Below, in pieces: positions 1 to 12,355 of a DNA stretch of 64,000 nucleotides (positions are counted from its first letter, which is position 1; the number at the start of each line of letters is the position of its first letter). Both the position numbers and the translations under genes were made by a program. The notes beneath the pieces were generated by a model. It was given only the letters and a program-made list of their open reading frames with translations, was not told the origin of the DNA and ran no database searches. Where the stretch lies: NCBI GenBank assembly GCA_010909165.1, contig MU008180.1, positions 247,884 to 311,883 of the forward strand, in the 5' to 3' direction. The DNA is from Anthoceros angustus. Its lineage: Eukaryota; Plantae; Anthocerotophyta.

Positions 1-2807
1 TGTCCTTCCTCTTTCAACCTCAAATTCACGCTCGTCAGTTTGGAAGAGAGGTCATCCCTCTTTTCCCCTACTGTGAACTCGTGCACCTTGTTCCTCACTT
101 CAATGGTTGCCTTTGCTGGCTTCTTCTTAGCCCCTGCGGACTTCCTCAGGTTTTCTAGTCTCTCCACCTCTCCCCATCGGCCACAATTTGCATACATACT
201 AGCCAACATTACATATGCAGCTGCATTTTCAGGTTCCACAGATATCACACGACCAAAACATCTGCCTGCACGCTCAATGTCACCATGGCTTTTGCAGGCA
301 CTCAGCAAAGATGTCCATCCTACTATAGCCCTCTCGCAAGGCAGGGTCTGCAGAATTTTCTCGGCTTCATCCAGACGGCCTGAGCGCCCAAGAAGATCCA
401 CCATGCAATGGTAGTGGTCCAATTCGGGCGTGATGCCATGCTCCTCCTCCATTTTCGCAAAATACTGCTGTCCCTCAACTACCAGGCCCTCGCGACTGCA
501 GGCTACTAGAAGGCAAATGAAAGTAGCCTTGTTGGGCTCCACCCCATGCTGTTGCATCTCTTGGAAACACCTCACTGCTTTGCTGCCATCGTTACACTGG
601 CCGTAGCCATTGATCATGGCATTCCATGTGACCACATCCCTTTTTGGCATCCTGTCAAAAACCTCACGAGCATCCTCCAAACTCCCACATTTCGCATACA
701 TATCTACAAGGCAGTTGGAGACAACCACATGACCTTCCAGGCAGCTTTCCTTTACCTGTGCATGCAGTTGCTTTCCCTGCTGCAAAGCTCCAACTGTTGC
801 ACAAGCTTTTAAGAGGCAGGTAAGGGTAAAGTGATCAGCCGGTGTCATGCCCTCCTGTTGCATCCTTGTATGAAGGGCGAGGGCTTCTCGACCCAGCCCT
901 TGCTGGACATAGCCGTTGATCATGCTTGTCCATGTCAGCACGTCTCTGGTCGGCATTTCATTAAAAACTTGTAGAGCATCATCTATGCTTCCGCATTTTG
1001 CATACATGTTGATGAGGCAGTTACCAACCACCAGACCAGGTTCAAAGCCACTGTCCTTAATCTGTGCATGGATTAGCTTCCCCTGAACCAAATCCCCTAC
1101 GCTGCCACATGCTTTGAGGAGGCAAGCAAATGTGAACTGATTGGCTGAGATAACGCCTTCATCTCCCATTCTTGCATATACAGCAAGGGCTTCCTGATCC
1201 AGTCCTTCCTGTACGTAGCCGTTGATCATGGCAGTCCATGTCACCACATTCTTTGAAGGCAATCTATCAAAAATTCTACGAGCTTCCTCTAAGCTCCCAC
1301 ATTTAGCAAACATGTCTACCAGACAGCTGCCAACAAGTACATCAGCCTCAAGTCCCAGTTTCTGAATTCGCGCATGAAGTTGCTTTCCTTGCTGCAAAGC
1401 TCTGACGCTGCCACATGCTTTCAAGAGACACACAAATGTGGCTTGCTCAGCTGGGCTTATGCCCTGCTGCTCCATGCTGGCGTACAGAGCAAGCGCTTTC
1501 TTACTCAGTCCTTGTCGAACATATCCATTTATCATGACATTCCATGTCACTACAGTTCTTGAGGGCATCCCATCGAATACTCGGCGAGCATCTTGTAGGC
1601 TCCCACATTTAGCATACATATCGACGAGACAGCTCCAAACGTACTCATCGGGCTCCTCTTCACCGTTCAGAATGTCATTATGCACCTCCTTGCCTGAGGC
1701 CAAATCTACTGCAGCGACGCATGCTTTAAGGACTGCCAAAAATATCCGGTTATCTGCCTTCCCATTTGCCTTCCGCATAAGCCTATAGAGCTTGATTGCC
1801 TGTTTCGGCTGTCCGTGCCTAGCATGCGCAAAAATCATGGACGCCCACATTTGGTTGCTTGGCTGAGACACCTTGGAGAAAACCTGCACCGCTTCCGCCA
1901 ACCTGCCATGAGAAGCATACATGCATATAACATGGTTGGCCAAGAACGCGTTTGACTCGTAGCCGCATTTCACAAGAAGGGCGTGGACTCGGCTGCCAAC
2001 AGCCAAATCCTTGTCCGTAATGCACCTCTTCAAGAGGCGGTAAAAGAAGGAATTGTCGATACGGGATCCTCTCTCCACAAGGAGCTCCAGGCCTTCCACA
2101 GTCTCAGCGAGCTCCCCGTCCTCCAATAACATGCTCCAATTCTCCACGCTCACGCTCAGCGCATCCCAGCCTGGAAGAGATGGACTTCCAGAAACGGAGG
2201 TGGAGGCCACTTGGGTACCCAGCTGGGCATCCAAAATGGCGAGCTGGGAATCCACCCAAGCAGGCTTGTACTTGCTGTTGAGCCACAGGACCTCCTTGGA
2301 CCTCTTGTGCCTGAAGTCGGGATGGCGGGGACTTGTCTTGTCGTGCCTTCTGTCCCACCACTGCGTGGGATCTGCGAAGACGTCCTGCCACAAGAGCTCC
2401 ATCCGCCCCGGCTGACTGGTCCCTTCATCGCCGCTATCACACTGCAGCGAGCCAGCTAGCTTGGCTGGTGGGCAGCTCCGGGTCGTCAACTGTTGCATGT
2501 GGGAATCATCCAGGAAGGTGGTTTGTTGCCCGGCCACCACATTCTTAACAGGCTGCAGGGAGCTGAGTGCGAGAGCCATCAGTGCCGCCAGGGGCTGCGG
2601 ATGCAACTCAAGCCAATGGTCTGTACAATGCGCAGAAGTAGACACATAGGCATTATCCGGTGAGCAGAGGAAACATGGGCAACGCTTGTGGTAACTGTCG
2701 CAAAAGCAAACCGAACATATTTGATTTTTCGTTTTCACAGTTTTGGACCGAAGAAGGAAGTCGAAGGCCCGACAAGCGGTGAAATGGCTGCTGCACACGC
2801 ACTTCAT
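1..2807 (-). CDS. PLS-class PPR protein with N-terminal OSB/PDF-like motif, E domains and the start of a DYW:KP-type C-terminus (runs off the window start)
   Basis: Manual translation of a minus-strand frame sampled from ATG 2807 (alternative ATG 2579) to position 1; segments checked had no stops. It is absent from the ORF track because its stop lies outside the window. PPR motifs (e.g. NQMWASMIFAHARHGQPKQ), E-domain HYHCMVDLLGRSGRLDEAE...WTSLLSAC, then KKKPAKATIEVRNKVHEFTVGEKRDDLSSKLTSVNLRLKEEG. Confidence 0.92.
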   Translation of the reverse strand, partial: MKCVCSSHFTACRAFDFLLRSKTVKTKNQICSVCFCDSYHKRCPCFLCSPDNAYVSTSAHCTDHWLELHPQPLAALMALALSSLQPVKNVVAGQQTTFLDDSHMQQLTTRSCPPAKLAGSLQCDSGDEGTSQPGRMELLWQDVFADPTQWWDRRHDKTSPRHPDFRHKRSKEVLWLNSKYKPAWVDSQLAILDAQLGTQVASTSVSGSPSLPGWDALSVSVENWSMLLEDGELAETVEGLELLVERGSRIDNSFFYRLLKRCITDKDLAVGSRVHALLVKCGYESNAFLANHVICMYASHGRLAEAVQVFSKVSQPSNQMWASMIFAHARHGQPKQAIKLYRLMRKANGKADNRIFLAVLKACVAAVDLASGKEVHNDILNGEEEPDEYVWSCLVDMYAKCGSLQDARRVFDGMPSRTVVTWNVMINGYVRQGLSKKALALYASMEQQGISPAEQATFVCLLKACGSVRALQQGKQLHARIQKLGLEADVLVGSCLVDMFAKCGSLEEARRIFDRLPSKNVVTWTAMINGYVQEGLDQEALAVYARMGDEGVISANQFTFACLLKACGSVGDLVQGKLIHAQIKDSGFEPGLVVGNCLINMYAKCGSIDDALQVFNEMPTRDVLTWTSMINGYVQQGLGREALALHTRMQQEGMTPADHFTLTCLLKACATVGALQQGKQLHAQVKESCLEGHVVVSNCLVDMYAKCGSLEDAREVFDRMPKRDVVTWNAMINGYGQCNDGSKAVRCFQEMQQHGVEPNKATFICLLVACSREGLVVEGQQYFAKMEEEHGITPELDHYHCMVDLLGRSGRLDEAEKILQTLPCERAIVGWTSLLSACKSHGDIERAGRCFGRVISVEPENAAAYVMLASMYANCGRWGEVERLENLRKSAGAKKKPAKATIEVRNKVHEFTVGEKRDDLSSKLTSVNLRLKEEG

Positions 2808-3088
2808 ACTGATCTGTGTAAGCAAGTTCCTTCTCTGCAATGGCGGGGTAGCAAGTAAGCTTAGAGCTCCACAGATGAGATAGCAGATTTGCGGTGTGGC
2901 CGGTCCTATTGTTTTTTCCTGCTCGTTGTCACCTCATGGTTGCCCATCGACATCGACAGACCAAGGGGGAGAGTGCTCCTGACGAACAGGAGGATCGAGA
3001 GAAGGAAAAACCCAAGGGCCGAGGCAGAAGGAAGCCCGGAGAAGGCAGATGATGGTGGATGTTGTACAAGTTGACGTTGATTAGGTCC

Positions 3089-4240
3089 TAGCTGCTGACA
3101 ATTCTGGATGCTGGCGGGACAGATGACGATGGGGAGGGAGCAGGTCCAGGGGAGGAGTCTGAGGAAGAGCGTGAGAAGAAGGCACGGGGGAGGAATCGAT
3201 CTTCTGTGGCTGCCAAGTCCCCGCATTCAAGTGACGAGGGCGTAAGTGGAGCTGAGAACAGTGATGATGAGAAAGCGTCCTCAGCCTCCAGGGCCAGGAA
3301 GGGAGACGAATCTGGAGCTGAAAGCGGAGATGGAGGCGAGGTTGCCGACACACACTCTGAGGAACATGCTACTGGGCATAAGGCCAAGAAGATAAAGATG
3401 GAGGAGGCATGAGGAGGATGACGGGGAGGAGGCTCATGCTTCAGAAGGTGATGGTGGGGGATCAGAATCGGATGAGGACGCAGAAGAGGTCAGCAGTGCT
3501 GCTGCTGTGGGTTGCAGTGGTTGCGGAAAGGGAAGGCTCCACGTTTGAGGAAAGGCTGACCTACGGAAGGGCCATAGCTGCCTTGCTTGCACGCTTCAAG
3601 CTGCGGAAGTTCGGTGTGATGCGGCTACCACGGAATTTCGGCATGGGCTTGGGGGAATGGGCAGGGTGAATGCAGAGCAGCGGAGGCGGGAAGGCGAGGA
3701 GATTGAGCAGGTGGACGTGTTCGGTGGCAAGAGGGTGTTCGTGAAGGACGCGGATGGGTTACGTTTGGCTGCTGATTCTACAGGCAGGATTGTTGCTCCG
3801 GACGAAGTGAAAGACTATCTGCGGAGGCAATTTGGCAAGCACTTGGATGAGGTGAAAGGTTCGTGCACCTCTCCTCACGCCTTTCAAATGTGGATCACAA
3901 GTGCAAGCGCCTGCGTCCCTGATTGTCTCGATTGCAGAGGCTATGGAGAGACTAGCAACAGCATACGTCAAGGAAGAGATCAGTAACGTGAGTGACATTT
4001 TGGAATCACCCACTTTTTTTTGAGCTCTGTTTGCCACACTTGTATGCAAGGCAACGGGGAGGATTGCCGCACGCGCATGATGTTTATCGACAGGCAACCA
4101 GGTGGCAACGACTACCTTTAGTGAACAAATTATTTGCGACGACTGAGTTGCTCTCCTGGCTTGCAGCACGGACGTCGGCTGCAGACATCTTGGTGAAGTG
4201 CCGCTACTGCCCAGAATATGTGCAGTTCCCAAGCCTATGA
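3089..4240 (+). pseudogene. Frame-disrupted gene: acidic low-complexity N-terminus plus a conserved hypothetical domain
   Basis: Segments RSAVLLLWVAVVAEREG..ERLTYGRAIA and GRIVAPDEVKDYLRRQFGKHLDEVK|EAMERLATAY (GT-AG intron about 3859-3938) resemble an uncharacterised family I recall from microbes and algae (RAPVLTLWAAVVAER...V..YL...FG..L..V..AM..LA). The acidic region, first motif and second motif lie in different frames. Confidence 0.4.
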
Positions 4241-4483
4241 AGGCATGAAATGGTTACTAACCAAAAATGGAATTTCAAAGTCGCGTCTCGGCGAATCCGT
4301 CCCTCACATTCTCTTCTAACCGCCGCATGGGACCATGTCGATCCCACACGACAATGCCCGGGCGGTGACAGGAAGTACCTGCACCTTGCAAACCTACAAT
4401 GAGCTGACTAGGTTTGTCGGTCTCAATGGGGAAATAGATAATGCTAGACAACATCGTGATTGATGTCTAGTAGACGAGGGTCT

Positions 4484-7400
4484 TCAGCTACTCTTCCTTC
4501 TCGTTCCAGCCTTCTTACTCCCCTGTTCACATGCTGCCCAATCAGACACCGGTCTCCAATACTGCAACACCAATACACGCAAGATCAGTGGTGACAGCGC
4601 TTACCAGTCTCTTCTTGTTCACTCCTCTTGGCCTTTTCCTTGGATCTTTTAGCTTATAAATCCGTACCATCCAATGGTGGGTAGTGAACACCTGCAAATC
4701 ATTAAGAAATAATTAATAGACCATACCAACGAAGTGAACAGAGTCACTACCTGCTGCTCATACCTCTTCAAAATGTGTAAGCTTGAATCTTTTCTTTCCA
4801 ATTTCAGCTTTCCTAACCCGATCATATCCCTTTCCATCCCCAGTTGCTTCTGCAAAACTGCAGCCACCAAACGGGTTAGAGAGGACTCATGCCCAGGACC
4901 GCGAGATAGCCAAACTACAATACGCAAGGAGACTACACACCGGTAGTAAGACAGTTTGTACATAAGGGAATTCAGCATAGTCGGTGTTGCCTCTGAATCG
5001 ATTCGATACACTCCATCTCTCTGAACAGGTCATGAAGCACTTGTTTCAGCAATCAGCTCCTAGACATAACACGTTCCAACAAACAGCAAGGGAAGTTACA
5101 ATCCAGCAGGTAGGAAGGCTCACCAGGTAATCTGGCTCTTTGATGTGTGGAAAGACTCCCCCACCAATTCTAACCATCCAGAGGAACTTGTTGATGTCAT
5201 CACTTGGATAGCCAACAAGCCCTGGACAGCACATCTGCCAAGTCAGTATGCATACACCCGAAGGTGAGAAAAATAGAGTCCACATCTGCAACATGTGAAC
5301 TACATTTTTTCTCATTGTGAGACCAGAAAATAATCAAAAGGTGGTGTCCAAGACCTCCGAAGATGACAAACACGTATTTCACATCCAAAGACCTATAAAT
5401 TTCCCAGGCCTGTCTTTCTGGGGAGGACATGGCCATCCCTACAGTGGCAATGTGTGTATTGTTCCAGGTGTTGTTATCCACAATAACAGTCCTATTAGCC
5501 ATAGCTGTGGTCTGATACCCATAATCCCACCACGATGCAACCTGCAAAAAAAAAAAGTCCAGGACCACTTTACATCTCAGCACGGGTTTCAGAGAGTGCT
5601 CTAGAAAAATTCACAGGCCACCATGACTTGAACCTTATCATCTTCTGCAGTATTGTGCCGTAGCCAGCCATATGCTTCTCTAAAGTCATCGAACACATGG
5701 AGGCCATCAGCACCATGGGACGTCAGCACAATTGATGGGGCCGAATACGCCTCAGCAGCTGCCCAGACACAATGTATCTACAGAGCCATAGCCATAATTA
5801 GAACACAACAATCAATTCATCCACAGTAGCCAGCAGATAGTGCGTCACATTGACACAGACCATTCAAGGGACAGACTCACAGGAGCTTACCACGTAGTAT
5901 GAAACGAGTAAGAAAAGCAAGAAGAGGCACACTACTGATGCTTCCACTGGAAGGACGCTAAGCCTCCTCTCTGGTCCTTTCTTAGAAGTCAGTTTGTCCA
6001 GGATTTCCTTCTCCCTCTTCCTACTTCTCTTTGCAAGCTTCTCTTTCAGTGGTTCCTTTGATCTCCCCTCACTGGGACCCTTAGAAACTGTTTTGCTCGT
6101 CTCAGTGACATCATTACTAATGGAATTGCTGGCATCTGTTTCTTCCTGCAAATAGATGAATCACACGTTCAGAGACGAAATGTAGAACAGAACAAGGCAG
6201 TGAATTCAGTAGCTAATTGTGTACATTTTCTGAGCTAAGACTAACCAGACTCCGGTCCACGAACAGCTGAAACTTGAGAGATCTTGTCAAAGTTGAGTAA
6301 GCCTCAGAAAGAGCAATCCCAGACAAAATGCATGCAGCTGGAGCTAATACCAGCATAAGTCGCACCTGCAAAAGTTGAAAAGTTTTAAGAGGAGTCCTCG
6401 GTGCGGCAATTAGTGCCTGACTCCCTTCAATGCAAAAACAGGACGAGACCGAAAAGACAAAGTCCATGCTGCTTTCCAGCATCGAGTGCTGACCATCACT
6501 CCAGAGAAATATACAGATGTGACAAGATACAGCACTGCGAATGAACTGGCATCTGATAGTGGTAGAAAGCAAGCCTGTCAGGACATGAAGACATACGTGT
6601 AAGAGGCCAAGTGGCAAAAACAAAACAAATGAGCTTACTGCCCCAACCATTTTCACAAGCATACACATGTACAGCTTCTGAATTGCTCAAATTCCACATA
6701 ACATGAAGTTATAGGTCGTGTAAGGATGATATAACGTCTCACAATGATGCCTGCAGGGACTAAGAAAGCCAAGACGTTGATATCCATGAAATATGATGGC
6801 CATGTTGGAGGTTGATGTTCACTGACACTCGCTATGATTGGGATGTATTTGCTAGCATATGTTCTGCAAGTCAAAGAAAGACAGTGCACAGCTTATCATC
6901 ATGCCCTTAGGTTGCACTTCCTCCAAAGACAATGCTGGAAACTGTCTTGGAGGCAGCGCTTTTGAAAAACAACCCAAGAGCACTCTGAGAAGGAGTGAAA
7001 ATCCTTACAGACAAGGCATATTGTGTTAGTGAACTTGGAAGCAACTTACGGATCAAGCAAGCTGAGACTTCTGCCACTCCATCCCTTCGTTGGACTTGCA
7101 GCAACCAGTGCTACCAGGATGGCAACCAGTCCAAAAGCAACAGTTCTGCAGGTGCAACATAAAAACTCATTGGCTACGGTGCATCAGGTCATACCCACTG
7201 CTACCATATAAAGTTTATCACAACGAATTGCACCTTATCAAGGAGTGTCCACCACATAATTTTGACCTCATGAAACAAAGACCAATAGCATGCCACAGAA
7301 TTTCTCTCGGTTACTCCAGTAGGGACAGGTTGTGGAAAGATGACCTACGTGCCAATAGTTACAACCAGAGCCAATGCCGCTCGATAGACTCTTGCTGACA

Positions 7401-9834
7401 AAATCCTCTTGATGTAGTGTGCCAATGCCACAATGTGTATGATCACAAAGACCTGTTGGACAATTTTGTCATGATTGGCAAAACTTTATTCATGTACCCA
7501 GCAGACTGTGACTTCTCTCCACAGGCAGCTTGAAAATACCCCATTTGAGGAATGTCTCCATCTAAACAATGAACCAAAACTCTGTAGGTGGTACTTACCA
7601 GAAAAGCACCAAAGTGCTCGGAAGTCATAACGGCATTGAAACCAACAACTGGTACCAGTGCAGCTAGCAGCGTACCTAAGATAACCTGCATAACATGCCC
7701 TAAAGTGCCTTGTCAGGCTACCATCTAGAAATTTATGAGCCGCAGTACTACTGAGCTGCAAAGTGATTGGATCTTACCAATGGCGCAAAAGCTATATAAA
7801 GCCGTGATGAGTAGCGGCCAGTCACAATGCACAACAGTACGTGCAGAGGGATCAAATTGATGATGAATGTGTACCCACCCCACGAGCAAACCTGGACAGA
7901 GCACAAGCACAACATCAAGAATATTCATCCCACAACAGGCCTGGTAGAAGGAAATCCATAACAGGAGTTCCATACCATGTAGAAATAGGCCAGGGAGTTC
8001 AATGTGGCATAGAACAGTGATCCTGTATTCAATGTCTGCAAACCCAACGAATCAAAATTCAAGGATCAGACATCTGAAAAAGATGATCCCACCTAAGTGC
8101 AGCAAATATAACTCATAGCTTTCAGGGAGCAAACCTTAAGGTAAAGAAAGAAGGTGAACACTAGAGCGAAAATTGCCACAGCTTCATTGTCATAACTACC
8201 TGCCACAGATCGAGAGATGTACGAAGGTACCTGCATAATCCAAATAAATAAAAGGCAGGACCATCACCAAACTGGACCTCCCACAAACTATTACTTCCAC
8301 AAACTATCTTGCACAACCGGCATAAGCAGCTACATATGAAGCTAGTCAAACACCAGCCAACTTAGACCATTTACCATTGCTATTAAACTGGCTGCCATCA
8401 AACCTGCTCCTGTGCCTTTTACCTCCTGCACACAAAGACCACACCAAGTCTGGCGCCTGTCAAGCTTACAGAATTCAAGTGACACTTTGGCAGCGGCAAC
8501 GACCTCAAAGTTCAGCACATCACTCAATCAATCAAAAGAAACTTTCGCACAGTAGTAGCTAGCAGCATTTCTAAGCAGCTCAAGATACAAACAGCCGACT
8601 GCTGACCTTAGTCAGGAAAAAGGTGGCCCAGGCTGCAAATGCAGAGAAAATTGGAGCAGTGAAAACACATACTGTTTCCACCGACAGAGGGATATTGAGT
8701 GAATTGGCTATCCTGCAGAACCGGCTAATATGTAAGCAGGAAACAGGCCACAAAAACAAAACCTACATCTAGCATCCATGTCATTGAATAGCTTTCTGAA
8801 GGACGACATGATCTTACCAATGCATGGTGCCTGCCGTTAGGGTCAGTCCAGGATAGACTGTTCCCCCAACCACACGTCCCAGTGGATACCTACACACACA
8901 GCGAAGACATGTCAAGATGACAAAAGAACCAGAGACTCGAGTTTTCCTACGATGAACAGGAGGAGAAGATGCAAATGCAAATATATGGGATAGATACTAG
9001 TGCATAATTATCCGCTATCTGAAGACAAGTGAAAGGCACTTACCAAGTACGATCATCAAACCAGTTCCAGAAGTTATACACTCCAGAGTTCACGAGGTAC
9101 TGGACAAAACAATCACCACACACAATAGTACACAATATCAACACCAACAGGCATTTTCACAACTACAAAGACATTGGATGACTTGCAGAGAGGTTGTTCG
9201 TTGACCTGAGTTACTCGATAGTTGAAGTAAGGATCAAATTCGTGAATGACACTTTCATACTTGATCACCTGCCAGACACTGAAAGATATTACCACTTGCA
9301 GCTTGGAGAGGGCAACCGAAAGCACCCTGACAGTGACTTAACAGCAGGACATTGCAGCTTCAGATGAATTTCAAGCAATGGAATAGAAAGCGACCGGCTT
9401 TCATTAGGTTTCACACACTTCAAAGACACGTAGCAACCCAGTACTAAATCTCAAGTTGACAACATTGAAAATTCACAGAATTGAGAAACTACAGCCACAA
9501 ACTAGATGCCTTCATTAGACCACACCTTGGACGACCCTACAGGTCAAGCTCAGCATCAGCTAAGCCACAACGGCACAGAATTTAGGTCTAACAATCGAAA
9601 TTCCGCTATTGCAAGCTTCAAAGCCACCAATGCTATGTCCAGGCAGCCTTGAGCTCGGCGTTAGGACAGGGAATCATCGAGCAGCAAAATGGCACGTACC
9701 GAGAACAGCCGGATGGCAAATCCCATGATTCCGATGAGAACGAGAATGACTGTGGCCAGAAAAGGAGGAGTGGCAGCTCCATGATTTGTGCCGCCTGCGG
9801 CAGATGCCGGCGGCGTGGTCTGCCTAGAGGCCAT
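4484..9834 (-). CDS. STT3A: Oligosaccharyltransferase catalytic subunit STT3A (multi-exon)
   Basis: Exons encode [17 protein letters not shown]|[74 protein letters not shown] and [15 protein letters not shown]. An upstream in-frame ATG at 9915 is possible. Confidence 0.97.
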
Positions 9835-10253
9835 CGGGGCCACCTCCTCCGCTTCCTGTGCTGCGACCGCTGCTCCGGAACTCCCCAGGGCGCTTGCCCT
9901 TCCCACCCCCGCCATGGCTGCTGCTGGATCACAAGGCCAGCGTCATGGACTTGATATTCCTTGAATTCCCTGGCTCGCGTGCCTCCAGAAGCAAATCTGA
10001 TGCGAGACTTCGCCTTGAGCTCGGCACCAGCAGTCCGCTCGATACCTTGTAAGCGCGATGTTTAAATTCTGAGCAATTTGACACAGCCAGTAGGGAAGCG
10101 GGAGACCGTCACTAATTACGACTAGAATCGCGACTACCGCCTTTTTAAACGAGTTACTCGTGTGAAACGAATATTACAACACCCCCTTTGCAGGCGTTCA
10201 AGAGGGGGAGGTGTGGTGCATGATCTGGCCATTCTAAAACATGAGGGGAAGGA

Positions 10254-11754
10254 TCAGTTGTCGGTTTTCGTCTCGGAGGCCGAGGACGAGCGCGATGTTT
10301 CCAGGAAGTCGGGAGGAACTGTGTCGGGCGTGAAGTAGGTTTCCCTGACTTGCGCAGCTGAGCAGAATTTCACCTGCACGAACGTTCGAGACGATGATCT
10401 GGTGAGTCGTGCTTGAAGATATGTGTGTGGAGAAGGTTCGGACTAGAGACAAAGATTACCAGATTAGAGTAGGATTTGAGCAAGGGCTTGACAATGTTCC
10501 AGCCTGGTTGGAATATGAATGGAGCATCCACAAACAACACTTCACCCAGCCGCTTCGGATAGTATTCGAAGAAGACATCAACCTGCAACATGAGACGATC
10601 TAAACAAATGAGGGCTGCAGGCTGGTGGGACTAGTAGAGAATGAGGAGTGAGGAGGAGACGGGTTGTTACCAGGAACTTGACAAACTTCAAGTCTCCGTT
10701 CTTTGATGTGAAGCCTCTAAGATCGAAAATACCAAGCATCTTCTCCCCTCCTGGTGGGAGCTGGCTGAGAGCCGTTTCGATCAGGTGGATGCAGAGCTTC
10801 TCACTGGCGACCAGTGTTTCTGGCTGGAAGAATGGTGCACACACCAGGTGTTCTTGTTAACCATTCGGAGCAGATGCCATGGCAAGGGGGGGAACGAAGA
10901 TGTGGTGTGCTTTTGCTTACGTCTGGGAAATGGTTGGCTGCCTTGACTACAACCACGGGCCGTCCTTGTATATCTGGGCTGCTGTGCAGGTAAGCCTTTC
11001 CTGAAGCTGCAATTGCACCGATTTCCTCTTCGGTGATGTCATCAACACCGAAGTCACGACGCCATTCCTGAAGCCGTCAAGGACGACACAGAGTGTGGCA
11101 ATCCGCACCGATTCCAACACCAGCAGGAGCAGCAGGAAAAGGACAAGGATGGATACAAGCGCCCTGCTGAGCTTGGCCACAGTAGCATCCACATCAAATT
11201 TGCGGTCTCGGAGGAACCACAACAACAGGCCATCGTCGTCCCGCCCGTTCTTGCCCACCCTCAGACTGCTGTGCTCGATTTCCAGCCGTCTCTTCACCTC
11301 GCTCACCAGCTGCCAGGAGCCATTTACCGAGTCAAGAGCCTGACAGTGTCATCCCCCGAAGCCTTGGGAACTGCAAATGCGTGCGTTTGCACCTGCTCCT
11401 GATCGACGGTAGCCGGTTCAGCCTCCACCACTTTAGCATACGTTCTCAAACCATGGGATCTCCGAGCGGGTCTGGGATTGCGAGCACCAATCCTGCTGCC
11501 TTAACACCCCATGTAAAACAAGGCACCCATTCCGTGACCACCCAAACTCCACAGCAGCTCAAATGCCACAACAGCAGCCAATCCGAAATCGCCCACCACT
11601 TACCCAAGCACACTTGCACCCGGAAGGACCCGGCCAGAGGCTGCTGCTGCTGCCGCAGCACCCGAGACGCCCAGGCTGCCCTTGGAGCTCCACACACCGC
11701 TGTAGGTGGAGCTGCAGCTCCCAGCGCCGGCCCAGCCGCCACTGCCGTCGCCAT
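10254..11754 (-). CDS. CRAL-TRIO/SEC14-like lipid-binding protein, probable plastid transit peptide
   Basis: Exons encode [37 protein letters not shown]...[43 protein letters not shown]. Ala-rich N-terminus and canonical introns. Confidence 0.9.
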
Positions 11755-12355
11755 TCCAAGGGTGAGCCAACACCGCAAAGAGCCTGTGCTTTACCCGCAC
11801 TGTAAAACGAGGGAAAATGGTAAGAAGGTTTCTCTTTTGGCCAGTCCGTTTGCCTCTGCCTGGTGGCTGGATAACGCGGCCAGAACATCTTCCAACCAGA
11901 TCCAGCTGCTGGTAATGGCGATCGGCCTAGTCTGTAGCCCTGTGCGACAGCTCCCCGGAGACCCCAGTCCAGAGTCCAGACAGGGCCCACTGCTGCCGAC
12001 CATGTAGCTGACGCCAAAGTGGATTAGTGCGTATGGTCTACTGTGGGGGAAAGCCCGAGGGAGACCTACATACACAAAACCCTCGAGGCCTTTGCGATCA
12101 CGGGGAAGACAATCTGACGAGGACGACGAACAACAACATTTTTTACTGCCTGCTGTACACCAAGGAACAAGAACAAGAGCTGCTTCTGATACTGTTCATC
12201 ATCCGAGAGTCTAACAAGGATTCCGGATGTCCAGAAGACAGTCGTGTGGAACAACCCACCAATGCAAAACCCAGAAAAAGTCTGGACTCATCGGGATCCC
12301 TAAAGCGCAAACCAGGAGAATTGCACTCAGTGTGGGAAGAAGAAAGCATGCTGAG

